DNA from: Halobacteriovoraceae bacterium | GTDB lineage: Bacteria > Bdellovibrionota > Bacteriovoracia > Bacteriovoracales > Bacteriovoracaceae | Reading direction: 5' to 3' | Assembly: GCA_040377215.1 (NCBI GenBank) | Contig: JBEIPE010000001.1 | Coordinates: forward strand, 1 to 49,739 | Length of the DNA stretch: 49,739 bases | Shown: positions 1-8,561 of the stretch, piece after piece | How the letters are laid out: every line of letters starts with the position of its first letter | Numbering within the stretch: position 1 is the stretch's first letter | Notes under the pieces: generated by a model | Told to the model about the DNA's origin: nothing | The model's input: only the letters and a program-made list of their open reading frames with translations | The model's database searches: none | Position numbers and translations under genes: made by a program

Positions 1-1
1 A

Positions 2-1174
2 AACAAGCTGGTCGAGGCACAACGACTTCAGCAGCGCACTCTGCTCGATCTTGAGATGTTAGAAGAGATGGGCTTCTGTCCAGGGATTGAAAACTATTCG
101 CGCCACTTCACCGATGCTAAAGAGGGCGATCCGCCACCTACTTTGGTAGATTACTTCAAACGAGATTTTCTCCTGGTGGTGGATGAGTCCCATATCGCCG
201 TCTCACAAGTAGGCGGCATGTATCGTGGTGACCGCAACAGAAAGCAAACGTTGGTCGACTACGGCTTTCGTTTGCCAAGTGCCCTAGATAACCGTCCGTT
301 GCAGTTTGAAGAGTTTGATAAGCGCTTAGATCAAGTGCTCTACGTATCGGCGACACCGGCCGATTACGAACTGGCGCAATCTCAAGGCGAGTATGTCTCG
401 CAGATCATTCGCCCGACTGGCCTGCTCGATCCTATCATCGAATTGCGGGACGCCAAGAATCAAGTCGATGACATGCTAGTAGAGACTCGCAAGACGATTG
501 CTGCTGGCTTCCGTGTTCTCATTACCACGCTGACAAAAAAACTCGCCGAGGAACTTACGACCTTCTATCGTGGGGCTGGTCTCAAGATCCGTTACCTTCA
601 CTCAGATATCGACACTCTTGAGCGCATGGAAATCTTACGGGATTTGCGTCTTGGGGAGTTTGATGTACTCGTGGGGATCAATCTCTTGCGCGAAGGCTTG
701 GATCTTCCGGAGGTGGCCTTGGTCGGTATTTTGGACGCTGACAAAGAAGGCTTCCTGCGCTCAACCCGCTCTCTGATTCAAACCATCGGTCGTGCCGCCC
801 GTAACAGCGAAGGGCGAGTGTTGCTCTATGGCTTTAAGACCACACCCAGCATTCGTCAGGCCATGACTATCACGTCTGAGAGAAGGGCCAAGCAAGAAGC
901 GTGGAATGCCGAAAATGGCATTACTCCAAAGACCATCCTGAAAAATATTAGTGGGGGTGTGATCGACATTCTTCGCTCCTCCAAGAAGTCCGACAAAAAA
1001 GATCGGAAAGAAGTGGGCAAGGGTGACCAGGACCTCACGCCTGAAGCTATCGATGCTAAAATCAAGCAGTTGAAACAAGATATGAAAGAAGCGGCCAAGG
1101 GGCTGCGTTTTGAGGAAGCGGCCAAGATGCGAGACGAAGTGAAGAAACTAACTGAATGGAGACTGCTACTGTGA
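2..1174 (+). CDS. uvrB: Excinuclease ABC subunit B (UvrB), C-terminal ~390 aa; the 5' end lies outside the window
   Basis: The frame of ORF 56..1174 stays open back to base 2 ([36 protein letters not shown]). Helicase C-terminal motifs are present ([19 protein letters not shown]), as is the C-terminal UVR domain ([16 protein letters not shown]). Confidence 0.93.
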   Translation, partial: NKLVEAQRLQQRTLLDLEMLEEMGFCPGIENYSRHFTDAKEGDPPPTLVDYFKRDFLLVVDESHIAVSQVGGMYRGDRNRKQTLVDYGFRLPSALDNRPLQFEEFDKRLDQVLYVSATPADYELAQSQGEYVSQIIRPTGLLDPIIELRDAKNQVDDMLVETRKTIAAGFRVLITTLTKKLAEELTTFYRGAGLKIRYLHSDIDTLERMEILRDLRLGEFDVLVGINLLREGLDLPEVALVGILDADKEGFLRSTRSLIQTIGRAARNSEGRVLLYGFKTTPSIRQAMTITSERRAKQEAWNAENGITPKTILKNISGGVIDILRSSKKSDKKDRKEVGKGDQDLTPEAIDAKIKQLKQDMKEAAKGLRFEEAAKMRDEVKKLTEWRLLL

Positions 1175-1515
1175 AGTACGTGCTTCTCGCATTCTGCTTT
1201 AGTCTCAACGCTTTTGCCGTGGAAGCTTTCAAAGTCGAACTCCATGACAGAAAGATTCGTGTGGAAGCACCTAAGACCGTGGCAGCCCAGTATGCTGTCA
1301 TCGTAGAGAATCTTTCCCTCAATGATGTGGTAGGGAAGTTTCACTCCGCAGGCAAAGATCTTAAATTCGTTAATGTAAAGGCCGGCCTCTCTAAGACTGT
1401 GGAGTTTCGCCACACGGGTAAAGGCGCTGTCATTTTTCAACCTCTCGCTCCGGCTTTTCAAGAAGTCGAACTGACGGCGGGCAAAAAGACCTATGAAATC
1501 CCGTCGCAGCCATGA
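1171..1515 (+). CDS. Small secreted hypothetical protein (~114 aa)
   Basis: From ORF 1156..1515. GTG at 1171 (GTGA overlap with the uvrB stop) gives a classical signal peptide, (M)[21 protein letters not shown] at 1156 is the alternative start. No catalytic motif is visible. The 3' end overlaps the next gene by 23 nt. Confidence 0.5.
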   Translation: MKYVLLAFCFSLNAFAVEAFKVELHDRKIRVEAPKTVAAQYAVIVENLSLNDVVGKFHSAGKDLKFVNVKAGLSKTVEFRHTGKGAVIFQPLAPAFQEVELTAGKKTYEIPSQP

Positions 1516-2641
1516 TTGGAAAAAACTTGTTCTCGTGATTTCTGACCTCCATCTGGGGGCCGGTAAACACGTGAAAGGCCGCCGCAATATGCTGGAGGAC
1601 TTCCATTACGACAACGAGTTGATCGAGTTCTTGAACTATCACTGCTCAGGTGAGTACGAAAATAAAACAGTCGAGCTGATCATCAACGGCGACTTCCTCG
1701 ATTTCCTTGCCGTCCCTTACGTAGAGTTCTTTGACGATGAGTTTTGGAGTGAAGAAGCTTGTCTCGAAAAAATTCGTATGATCATCCAAGCTCACCGTCC
1801 TGTTATGCAGGCCCTCAAGAACTTCGTTTCTAAACCTGAGAAGAGTATCACTTACATCATTGGTAACCATGATGCAGAGCTGGTCCTTGATTCGGTCAAA
1901 AAAGAATTCAAGGCTTTCTTTGGTAAAGACCTCGAAGGCCGCATCACCTTACAAAACGAATTGCATACCCATGTCCCGATCCCAGGTGTGTATATCCAGC
2001 ATGGTCATCAGTATGAACGCGCTCACGAGTTTGATCCTGAGACTTCAGTCGTTGATTCACAGGGCGGAGGAAGGTTCTTCATTCCTTCTTGGGGCTCATA
2101 CTATGTCATCAACGTCATCAATCGTTACAAGCAAGAGCGCCCGCACATCAATGCGGTTCGCCCGATTAAGCACTTCATTATTCACGGATTGATCTTCGAT
2201 ACCTTTTTCACACTGCGATTTATCCTTTCAAACTTCCATTACTACTTCATGGTGCGGTTCTGGTATTACCTCATGCTGAAAGTTGGCTGGAAGCGAGTCG
2301 CGGGAGATCTCGTTCGAGAATTAACACTGTTCCAAGACTTTGAAACACTCACGCGCGATTTTTTTACCAGCAAACCTCAAGCGCGCTTACTTGTTGTGGG
2401 CCATACTCACAATCCCACCTTGCGTCTTTTTAACGATGGCACGGCCTTCATCAACACAGGCACGTGGACGAAGATGGTGAACCTCGATTTGTCACAAGGC
2501 CAGGAGTCCCAGGCCTTACCGTATGCACGAATCGTTTCGTTTGAAGACACCGTCGATGTCGCGCAGTTTGAGAATCATGTCGAGTTTGATTTGAAAGTGT
2601 GGACCGGTCTCCACAATCTTCCCTACAAAGACTTTAACTAA
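1493..2641 (+). CDS. Calcineurin-like metallophosphoesterase with an internal hydrophobic (membrane) insertion
   Basis: Metallophosphoesterase motifs occur in order: ISDLHLG, INGDFLDF, IGNHD, QHGHQYE, VVGHTHNP. A very hydrophobic segment (FIIHGLIFDTFFTLRFILSNFHYYFMVRFWYYLMLKVGW) sits between the HGH and GHTH motifs. Confidence 0.8.
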   Translation: MKSRRSHDWKKLVLVISDLHLGAGKHVKGRRNMLEDFHYDNELIEFLNYHCSGEYENKTVELIINGDFLDFLAVPYVEFFDDEFWSEEACLEKIRMIIQAHRPVMQALKNFVSKPEKSITYIIGNHDAELVLDSVKKEFKAFFGKDLEGRITLQNELHTHVPIPGVYIQHGHQYERAHEFDPETSVVDSQGGGRFFIPSWGSYYVINVINRYKQERPHINAVRPIKHFIIHGLIFDTFFTLRFILSNFHYYFMVRFWYYLMLKVGWKRVAGDLVRELTLFQDFETLTRDFFTSKPQARLLVVGHTHNPTLRLFNDGTAFINTGTWTKMVNLDLSQGQESQALPYARIVSFEDTVDVAQFENHVEFDLKVWTGLHNLPYKDFN

Positions 2642-2761
2642 ACTCATTCCCTAAATGTCATCTGCGGCGTTGCCTGCGTCGTTCGGTTGTGCGGCTTACT
2701 TGATGTAAGCCTCCGCCCTCACTCCTCGTCGCCTAGCATCTGCCTACTTATGAAATGAGTT

Positions 2762-3136
2762 TTAAAATTTCAAGACAGCTTTGAGTGCGTACTCAAGTTG
2801 TGTGCGTCCGTAAGGGCGAAAGACGAGATTTGAAATCCCAATCTTTGCAGCGAGACGCAGATTTTGTGGATTGGTGGCGTGAGAGAAGACCACCATGGGA
2901 GTAGGCGAGATGATATCAAAGAAACTCAATCCTCCACCCGAAACTTCATCATCGCAGACGACGAGTTGAAACGGACGTTGTTTCTCGAGAGAGTTTTTCC
3001 AGAGACGTTCAGCTTGTGAGACGTCGGCCGCATGGACCACATGGCGAAAGCCCATCTCATCCAGCAAAGACATGGTGTAATTGGCGAGTTCGCCCTCAGA
3101 TTGGACCAATAATACGCGGTCGATAGCAGTCTTCAT
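2762..3136 (-). CDS. Single-domain CheY-like receiver protein, probably a pseudo-receiver
   Basis: 124 aa with a receiver-like layout. The beta1 acidic pair is replaced (LLVQSEGE), an Asp is kept at the beta3 end (LVVCDDEV), and the conserved Lys is replaced (VFRPYG instead of KP). Confidence 0.65.
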   Translation of the reverse strand: MKTAIDRVLLVQSEGELANYTMSLLDEMGFRHVVHAADVSQAERLWKNSLEKQRPFQLVVCDDEVSGGGLSFFDIISPTPMVVFSHATNPQNLRLAAKIGISNLVFRPYGRTQLEYALKAVLKF

Positions 3137-3253
3137 GCACCCATCTTAGCAGAGTTTTTGAGAGGAAAAGAAGCAAGTTTTTTGCTCGGGTACTCATAAC
3201 TATGCGAAGCCGTTCGAGAAAATCACACTCTAAAAAAAACCATTGCGAGTGCG

Positions 3254-3280
3254 TTAAGTTCTTTTGTGGAGCACCGAAAC
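3254..3280 (+). promoter_or_regulatory. Possible sigma-28 (FliA)-type promoter upstream of the flagellin gene
   Basis: TTAAGTTC-N11-ACCGAAAC compared with the consensus TAAAGTTT-N11-GCCGATAA gives 6/8 and 5/8 matches, about 125 nt upstream of the fliC ATG. Confidence 0.3.
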
Positions 3281-3404
3281 GGTTTGTGTCTACCCCATTG
3301 GGGAGGCAATTTTTACCAGAGCATGGATGCTCATCATTTTCTCAAGGTTGGGAAAAAGAATCACCACGGATCGGGTGAGGGATTAACAACCAAGGAGGAT
3401 TCTG

Positions 3405-4238
3405 ATGGGTTTTCGTATTAATACTAACATTGCTTCAATTGCTGCTCAACGCAACTTGGGTGTAAGCAACCGTGAAAGTGAGAGCGTGCTCTCTAAGCTT
3501 TCATCTGGTTCTCGCATCACAAAAGCTGCTGATGATGCTGCAGGCTTGGCCATCTCTGAAAAGATGAAAGCCAACATCCGCTCAATGAAACAAGCGGACC
3601 GCAACGCCAACGACGGTATCTCAATGATTCAAACCGCTGAAGGCGGCTTGAACGAAGTTTCTTCAATTTTGACTCGTATGCGTGAATTGGCCATCCAAAC
3701 TGCTTCTGACACCGTTGGTGATACAGAGCGCAGCATGACCAACATGGAATACCAAAACTTGAAGCAAGAATTGGATCGTATTTCACAAGTAACTGAGTTC
3801 AACGGCCAAAAACTGTTGGATGGTAACGGCAAGAAATACGACTTCCAAATCGGCGTGAACAACGACGACTTCCAAGACCGTATTGGTTACGACTCTGCTC
3901 AGGTTAACGCTCGCGTTGATGACTTGGGTGTTTCTGAACTCGACGTATCTTCTAAAGAAGGCTCACAGTCATCTTTGGTGAACGTTGACCAAGCGATCGA
4001 GAAAGTTTCAGGCTACCGCGCTTTCTTGGGTGCAATTCAAAACCGTTTGACTTCTACAAGTAACAACTTGCAGATCAACGTTGAGAACTTGAGCCAAGCT
4101 AACTCTCGTATCCGCGACGTAGACTACGCAGACGCAACTGCACAACAAGCGAAGAACAGCATCTTGAACTCTGCTGGTACTTCAGTGTTGGCACAAGCAA
4201 ACGCAAGCGGCCAAAACGCTCTCAAACTCATTGGCTAA
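3405..4238 (+). CDS. fliC: Flagellin
   Basis: Conserved N-terminus (MGFRINTNIASIAAQRNL...SSGSRITKAADDAAGLAISEKM) and C-terminus (NRLTSTSNNLQINVENLSQANSRIRDVDYADATAQQAKNSILNSAGTSVLAQAN). A strong RBS (AAGGAGGA) precedes the ATG. Confidence 0.96.
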   Translation: MGFRINTNIASIAAQRNLGVSNRESESVLSKLSSGSRITKAADDAAGLAISEKMKANIRSMKQADRNANDGISMIQTAEGGLNEVSSILTRMRELAIQTASDTVGDTERSMTNMEYQNLKQELDRISQVTEFNGQKLLDGNGKKYDFQIGVNNDDFQDRIGYDSAQVNARVDDLGVSELDVSSKEGSQSSLVNVDQAIEKVSGYRAFLGAIQNRLTSTSNNLQINVENLSQANSRIRDVDYADATAQQAKNSILNSAGTSVLAQANASGQNALKLIG

Positions 4239-4265
4239 TTGCTGCGAACATCCTGCATAATATAG

Positions 4266-4292
4266 AAAACCCGGCGAATGCCGGGTTTTTTT
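4266..4292 (+). terminator. Rho-independent terminator of fliC
   Basis: aaaaCCCGGCgaatGCCGGGttttttt: a GC stem with a GAAT loop, followed by a T-run. Confidence 0.85.
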
Positions 4293-4320
4293 ATTTTATG
4301 TGTTAAGCGGAGATTAATAT

Positions 4321-5622
4321 ATGAAGCAGGTGATGGGATGTCTGGTGAATGCAGAACTCACAGATATTTTGACGGCGCAGTTGTGTTCACGAAGCGACGT
4401 TAATACCGTGATTAAGACCGATGTTGTCGAGGCCATGCAGTTGGCGCAGATAGCAGGAAATATCGATGTTTTTATCGTGGAAGGCTCTGCGAACAGCGAC
4501 AATTTTCGCCAAGTAAAAAAAATCGCGCAGCAAGGGATTGTCATTCTAGGAATCGGCGATCCGAGTGCGCCGTACGCCCCGGAATTTTGTTATCACCCCC
4601 ATGAGTGGGAAAAGCTCGGGGCCCATCTTAAAAAGACTTTAGGTGAAGAGAAAAGTACGGATGTGGACTATGTTTCTATGCCGGTGAATCTTTTCTTTCA
4701 TTTTGAGCAGCTCGATGTAGATGTGTTTTTGCAGATGAAAAAAGACGGCAAGCCTCATTGGGTCCGACGCTTTTTGGCCGGTGAAAAGATCGAACCTGCA
4801 GAGATCAAGGCCTATCAAGCAAAAGGTTTGGCCGAGTTCTGGCTTGAGAAAGATAAGATCAAAGACTTTTCTAAGGTCCTGCTTGATCGCTTAAATAAGC
4901 GCGCCCGCGAAACGCTCAAAGGTGGCATGGACCAGTTGCAAGAAGCGGAAAGTGTCTTCACTTCGCTAAGTGAGATTACCAAAAAGATGGGCGTGAAAGG
5001 TCAGATGGTGGGCATTTGTGAAGGTTGGATGGGCCAGCTCGCCAAAGATTGTATGAGTGCACAAAATAGTGACGTCCGTGACTGGTGGAAACGGTTGTCA
5101 GAAGATCCGAGTCTGAGTTTTCAGTATCGCCTTGTCCGTCTTACGACGTTGCTGTGTACTCAGCACATCATGCTGACTGATTGGAAGAGCAAAGAAGAGC
5201 AGGCGCAAAAGCTCGCGGGAGTCGCTTTTTTCGCAGATATGCATTTGCATAATCCAGACTGGGTTCATTTACGTAAGCCAGAAGATCTCGCGAATTTGAG
5301 TGCTGACGACAAAATCACGGTGGCCGGTCACGCATCATTTGCGGCCCAGAAATTAAGAGACATTCCCTTCGTTACAAAAGATATTGCGATTCTGGTGGCC
5401 CAACACCATGGGCATCAACAAGGAGATTGGTTACCGGAGCGAGTTTCGGTTTCAGTCTCGCCATTAGCTTTGGTCTATGCGGCCTGTGAAGAGATGGCCT
5501 ACGCTTGCCTCAAACAGCCCGAGATGACACCACGTGAAATTCATACGACGCTGATGACACGTCATAGAGATACGGGTCTACGTAAGCACTTAGAACAAAT
5601 GCCGGCTATTTTTGGATGGTAA
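4321..5622 (+). CDS. Signalling protein: degenerate receiver-like N-terminus plus an HD-type (HD-GYP-related, degenerate) C-terminal domain
   Basis: The N-terminus resembles a receiver but has Glu at the phospho-acceptor position (DVFIVEGSAN). The C-terminus has VAGHASFAAQKL...LVAQHHGHQQGDWLP, which resembles the HHExxDGxGYP region without GYP. The family assignment is tentative. Confidence 0.5.
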   Translation: MKQVMGCLVNAELTDILTAQLCSRSDVNTVIKTDVVEAMQLAQIAGNIDVFIVEGSANSDNFRQVKKIAQQGIVILGIGDPSAPYAPEFCYHPHEWEKLGAHLKKTLGEEKSTDVDYVSMPVNLFFHFEQLDVDVFLQMKKDGKPHWVRRFLAGEKIEPAEIKAYQAKGLAEFWLEKDKIKDFSKVLLDRLNKRARETLKGGMDQLQEAESVFTSLSEITKKMGVKGQMVGICEGWMGQLAKDCMSAQNSDVRDWWKRLSEDPSLSFQYRLVRLTTLLCTQHIMLTDWKSKEEQAQKLAGVAFFADMHLHNPDWVHLRKPEDLANLSADDKITVAGHASFAAQKLRDIPFVTKDIAILVAQHHGHQQGDWLPERVSVSVSPLALVYAACEEMAYACLKQPEMTPREIHTTLMTRHRDTGLRKHLEQMPAIFGW

Positions 5623-6124
5623 GAGATCTCGCAGGACGATAGCGCTCGTCTTGGGTTTTGGCCCTCAGAGTCTCTAGTAACATCACCACCACATCTTCAC
5701 GATCATGCACCCAAGCAAAGGGTCCCCGCGGGTAATTCACACCAAAACGCATGGCCCTATCGATATCCGCCTGAGTGGCCGTCTTCTCTTCGAAAGTATA
5801 GAACGCTTCGTTGATGATCGTTGCGAGTGTGCGTGCCACAACTAAACCTGGGCCAGTAAAGCGAGTCATAACGGGTGTCCAGCCTTGTTCTTCAAGCAGC
5901 TTGCCGCCGCTCTCAAATCCAGCACGAAAATGGACTTCGCATTTTTTATTGTGCGAGAGGAGAGTCGAGCACACTCCTTTGAGCTGGGGAAAACGAGCAT
6001 AGAAATCTTCTGGGTCAAAACAAGTGAGATCCATCAGCACATTTTTGTCGGCGTGCAGATGCAAGAAAGCTTCTTTTTGCGCCTGGGTTCCATGGCTTAA
6101 GTCGATGACCCAACTAGTAGACAT
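5606..6124 (-). CDS. 3-hydroxyacyl-CoA dehydrogenase C-terminal-domain protein (equivalent to the C-terminal third of PaaH-type enzymes)
   Basis: IINEAFYTFEEKTATQADIDRAMRFGVNYPRGPFAWVHD matches the 3HCDH C-terminal domain, and there is no NAD-binding GxGxxG. I take the start at ATG 6124 (MSTSW), which overlaps the upstream stop by 11 nt. The ORF track begins at 6163. Confidence 0.6.
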   Translation of the reverse strand: MSTSWVIDLSHGTQAQKEAFLHLHADKNVLMDLTCFDPEDFYARFPQLKGVCSTLLSHNKKCEVHFRAGFESGGKLLEEQGWTPVMTRFTGPGLVVARTLATIINEAFYTFEEKTATQADIDRAMRFGVNYPRGPFAWVHDREDVVVMLLETLRAKTQDERYRPARSLTIQK

Positions 6125-6974
6125 AAAAACCTCTTTTGGTTTTTTTGCCATGGCGATTTTCATCGACCAGTTTTTTTTGCAAGGGATGAGGAGTAAGACG
6201 GGGAGATTTATCGAGAGCTTCCCACACCGCCGAAGTCACCGAGTAGTTGATATCAACACCAATCAAGTCCATGAGCTCAAAGGGACCCATCTTAAAGTCA
6301 CCCACTTCGCGCATGAGGTGATCGACTTCTTTGAACTGCGCTTGATCATCGCCACTTACGATACGCAAGGCCTCACCATAAAAACTGCGGGCCACACGAT
6401 TCACAATAAATCCTGGAGTGTCGGCACATAAGGCCGGCTCTTTGCCGTTTTTCTCAAACCAGGCATAAAGCCCTTGCGCCAGCGATGGATCAGTTTGTGA
6501 GCTGGCAATCACCTCCACCAATTTCATGAGCGTGGCAGGATTGAAAAAATGTAGACCTAAAAAACGCTGACGGCGCTCGGGAGAAACGGCCTCGGCCAGC
6601 CAAGCAATAGGGAAACTTGAAGTATTACTAGCGAATACAGTGGTCGGGCCAAACTGTTGATCCAATGAGGCGAAAAAACTTTTCTTGATCGTGAGATCTT
6701 CAATGATGGCTTCAATCACCAATGAGGTCTGTGGTGAGACAGCGGCCAGTGGCTTTGTTTCTAGCAGTGACTTCATTTGTGAGACTTGGCAGCTGGTGAG
6801 CTTCTCTTTTTCTACCAATTTATCCCAAGAGGCGTGGATACCTGCCAGTGCCTTGGAGAGTTGAGCTGCATTTGTATCGCAGAGTACGGTGGGAACCATC
6901 TGCTGAGCAAACCATTGCGCAATTCCTGCGCCCATGGTGCCAGCTCCAATGACCGCAACAGATGTAGGAGTCAT
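6114..6974 (-). CDS. 3-hydroxyacyl-CoA / 3-hydroxybutyryl-CoA dehydrogenase (NAD-binding plus C-terminal domain)
   Basis: Has VAVIGAGTMGAGIAQ (Rossmann motif), GLHFFNPATLMKLVEV, PGFIVNRV and GPFELMDLIGVD, and ends in the KRGFYVY typical of Hbd/PaaH. Confidence 0.9.
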   Translation of the reverse strand: MTPTSVAVIGAGTMGAGIAQWFAQQMVPTVLCDTNAAQLSKALAGIHASWDKLVEKEKLTSCQVSQMKSLLETKPLAAVSPQTSLVIEAIIEDLTIKKSFFASLDQQFGPTTVFASNTSSFPIAWLAEAVSPERRQRFLGLHFFNPATLMKLVEVIASSQTDPSLAQGLYAWFEKNGKEPALCADTPGFIVNRVARSFYGEALRIVSGDDQAQFKEVDHLMREVGDFKMGPFELMDLIGVDINYSVTSAVWEALDKSPRLTPHPLQKKLVDENRHGKKTKRGFYVY

Positions 6975-7759
6975 TATTGTCCCTTGAAGACGGGCTTTCT
7001 TTTCTCTAAGAAAGCTGTGACGCCTTCACGATAGTCATCACTGAAACCCAGCGCACGTTGAGCGACTTTTTCAATGTCTAAAACTTGTGCCCAGCTAGAT
7101 TCAGCGGCCGCTTGGAAATTCTTTTTAGTCGCCTTAAGTGATAACGGTGCCAGCACGTTAAGTTCTTGAGCGAGCTCAAGGGCAGCAGCGAGCGGCGTCG
7201 CATGAACCTCATTGATAAAACCAAATTGAACCATCTCTTCGGCGAGCAGTGGTTTACCTTTCAACGAGAAGGCGAGCGCGCGTGCCTGTCCCATGTGTTT
7301 CACAAGTTGAAAAGAAAGTCCGGCATCAGGAGCAAGACCAATTTGCGTAAAGCCGGCAATGAAGCGCACACCAGGCGCAGAGATTTTGAGGTCACAGGCA
7401 AGGGCCACAGAAAGTCCAGCGCCAGCACACACACCATTGATCGCAGCTATTACCAATTTATCTGACGTGCGGATCGCATTCACTAAGGGATTCCATTCAG
7501 TTTCAAGAGTGTGACCGATATCCACCGGACCTTTGCGAGCATCCACTGAACGGTCATTCAAATCTTGGCCCGAGCAGAAGGCTTTACCCTCGCCCGTTAA
7601 AACGATAGAGCGAATCTCCGTGGCGGCATTGGCCTTTTTGATGGCCTCAATGATGTCGAGTTTTCCGCGCAGATTAAGCGCGTTGTACACTTCTGGACGA
7701 TTGAGAGTAATAACGGCGGTAGCGCCTTGGACTTCGTACTTTAATGTTTCAAATGTCAT
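6974..7759 (-). CDS. Enoyl-CoA hydratase/isomerase (crotonase family, PaaG-like size)
   Basis: Has VITLNRPEVYNALN, AFCSGQDL and AAINGVCAGAGLSVALACD. Its stop overlaps the next start as TAATG. Confidence 0.9.
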   Translation of the reverse strand: MTFETLKYEVQGATAVITLNRPEVYNALNLRGKLDIIEAIKKANAATEIRSIVLTGEGKAFCSGQDLNDRSVDARKGPVDIGHTLETEWNPLVNAIRTSDKLVIAAINGVCAGAGLSVALACDLKISAPGVRFIAGFTQIGLAPDAGLSFQLVKHMGQARALAFSLKGKPLLAEEMVQFGFINEVHATPLAAALELAQELNVLAPLSLKATKKNFQAAAESSWAQVLDIEKVAQRALGFSDDYREGVTAFLEKRKPVFKGQ

Positions 7760-7799
7760 GCCCCTAACATTTCATGTTCGGAGCAGGGGTGTCAAAACA

Positions 7800-8561
7800 T
7801 CAGCCGAAACGACCTTCAATATATTGCGAAGTTCGTGGATTTTTCGCTGCGTTGAAGATTTGCGTCGTTGTTCCATGCTCAATGAGCTCACCCATATACA
7901 TAAACATGGTGTCATCAGAGACGCGCTTCGCCTGGGCCATACTGTGGGTCACGATAATGATTGTGTAGTGGGAGCGCAACTCGCGGATGAGCTCTTCGAC
8001 GGCCTGAGTTCCTTTAGGATCCAAAGCAGAGCACGGCTCATCAAGCAGTAGCAGCTTTGGTTTCAAGGGAAGCAGGCGTGCGATACAAAGCTTCTGCTGC
8101 TTTTCAAGACTGAGACCAATGGCCGGGCGATCAAGACGATCTTTGAGTTCCGTCCACATGCCGACTTTTTTAAGAGCGTCTTCAACCATGCCATCGAGAT
8201 AGTCTTTTTTGTGATTCGCTGAGTGGGTCTTAATCCCAAACACAACGTTCTCGTAAACACTCAATGGCAATGGATTCGGCTTTTGAAACACCATGCCGAC
8301 GTTCTTGCGAATTTCTGGCAATGAGTTGATGGGGTGATAGATGTCATGGCCAAAAACTTGAATACTGCCTGACCACTTGGCCGTGCCGCCGCGTTCGTTA
8401 ATGCGATTAAGACACTTAATGAAAGTACTCTTACCGCAGCCTGACGGACCGATAAGAGCGGTAATTTGCATGGCAGGAATATTGAACGTGAGTTTATTCA
8501 ACGCTTGAAAATTGCCGTACCAGAAACTGAAATTATTGACGGTGACTGCGTGTGTTCCCAT
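7800..8561 (-). CDS. pstB: Phosphate ABC transporter ATP-binding protein PstB (canonical copy)
   Basis: Walker A GPSGCGKST, Q-loop VGMVFQKPNPLP, Walker B LLLDEPCSALDP and H-loop IIIVTHSM, with the PstB-typical C-terminus TSQYIEGRFG. Confidence 0.93.
   Translation of the reverse strand: MGTHAVTVNNFSFWYGNFQALNKLTFNIPAMQITALIGPSGCGKSTFIKCLNRINERGGTAKWSGSIQVFGHDIYHPINSLPEIRKNVGMVFQKPNPLPLSVYENVVFGIKTHSANHKKDYLDGMVEDALKKVGMWTELKDRLDRPAIGLSLEKQQKLCIARLLPLKPKLLLLDEPCSALDPKGTQAVEELIRELRSHYTIIIVTHSMAQAKRVSDDTMFMYMGELIEHGTTTQIFNAAKNPRTSQYIEGRFG

Noticed and set aside
856-1587. 243-aa ORF on the minus strand, antisense to uvrB, the small secreted gene and the start of the metallophosphoesterase gene.
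   Set aside because: It lies entirely inside strongly motif-supported plus-strand genes and spans three of them. It has no RBS or recognisable domain and a Ser/Arg/Leu-biased composition typical of antisense frames.
2642-2761. Whether the structured intergenic element is a tRNA or other known small RNA gene.
   Set aside because: It has no T-loop (GTTCGAATC-like) or D-loop signatures and no cloverleaf spacing. It is better described as a hairpin or repeat element (see findings).
7533-8051. 172-aa plus-strand ORF spanning the junction between the crotonase gene and pstB.
   Set aside because: It is antisense to two well-supported minus-strand genes and crosses their intergenic gap. It has no motifs.
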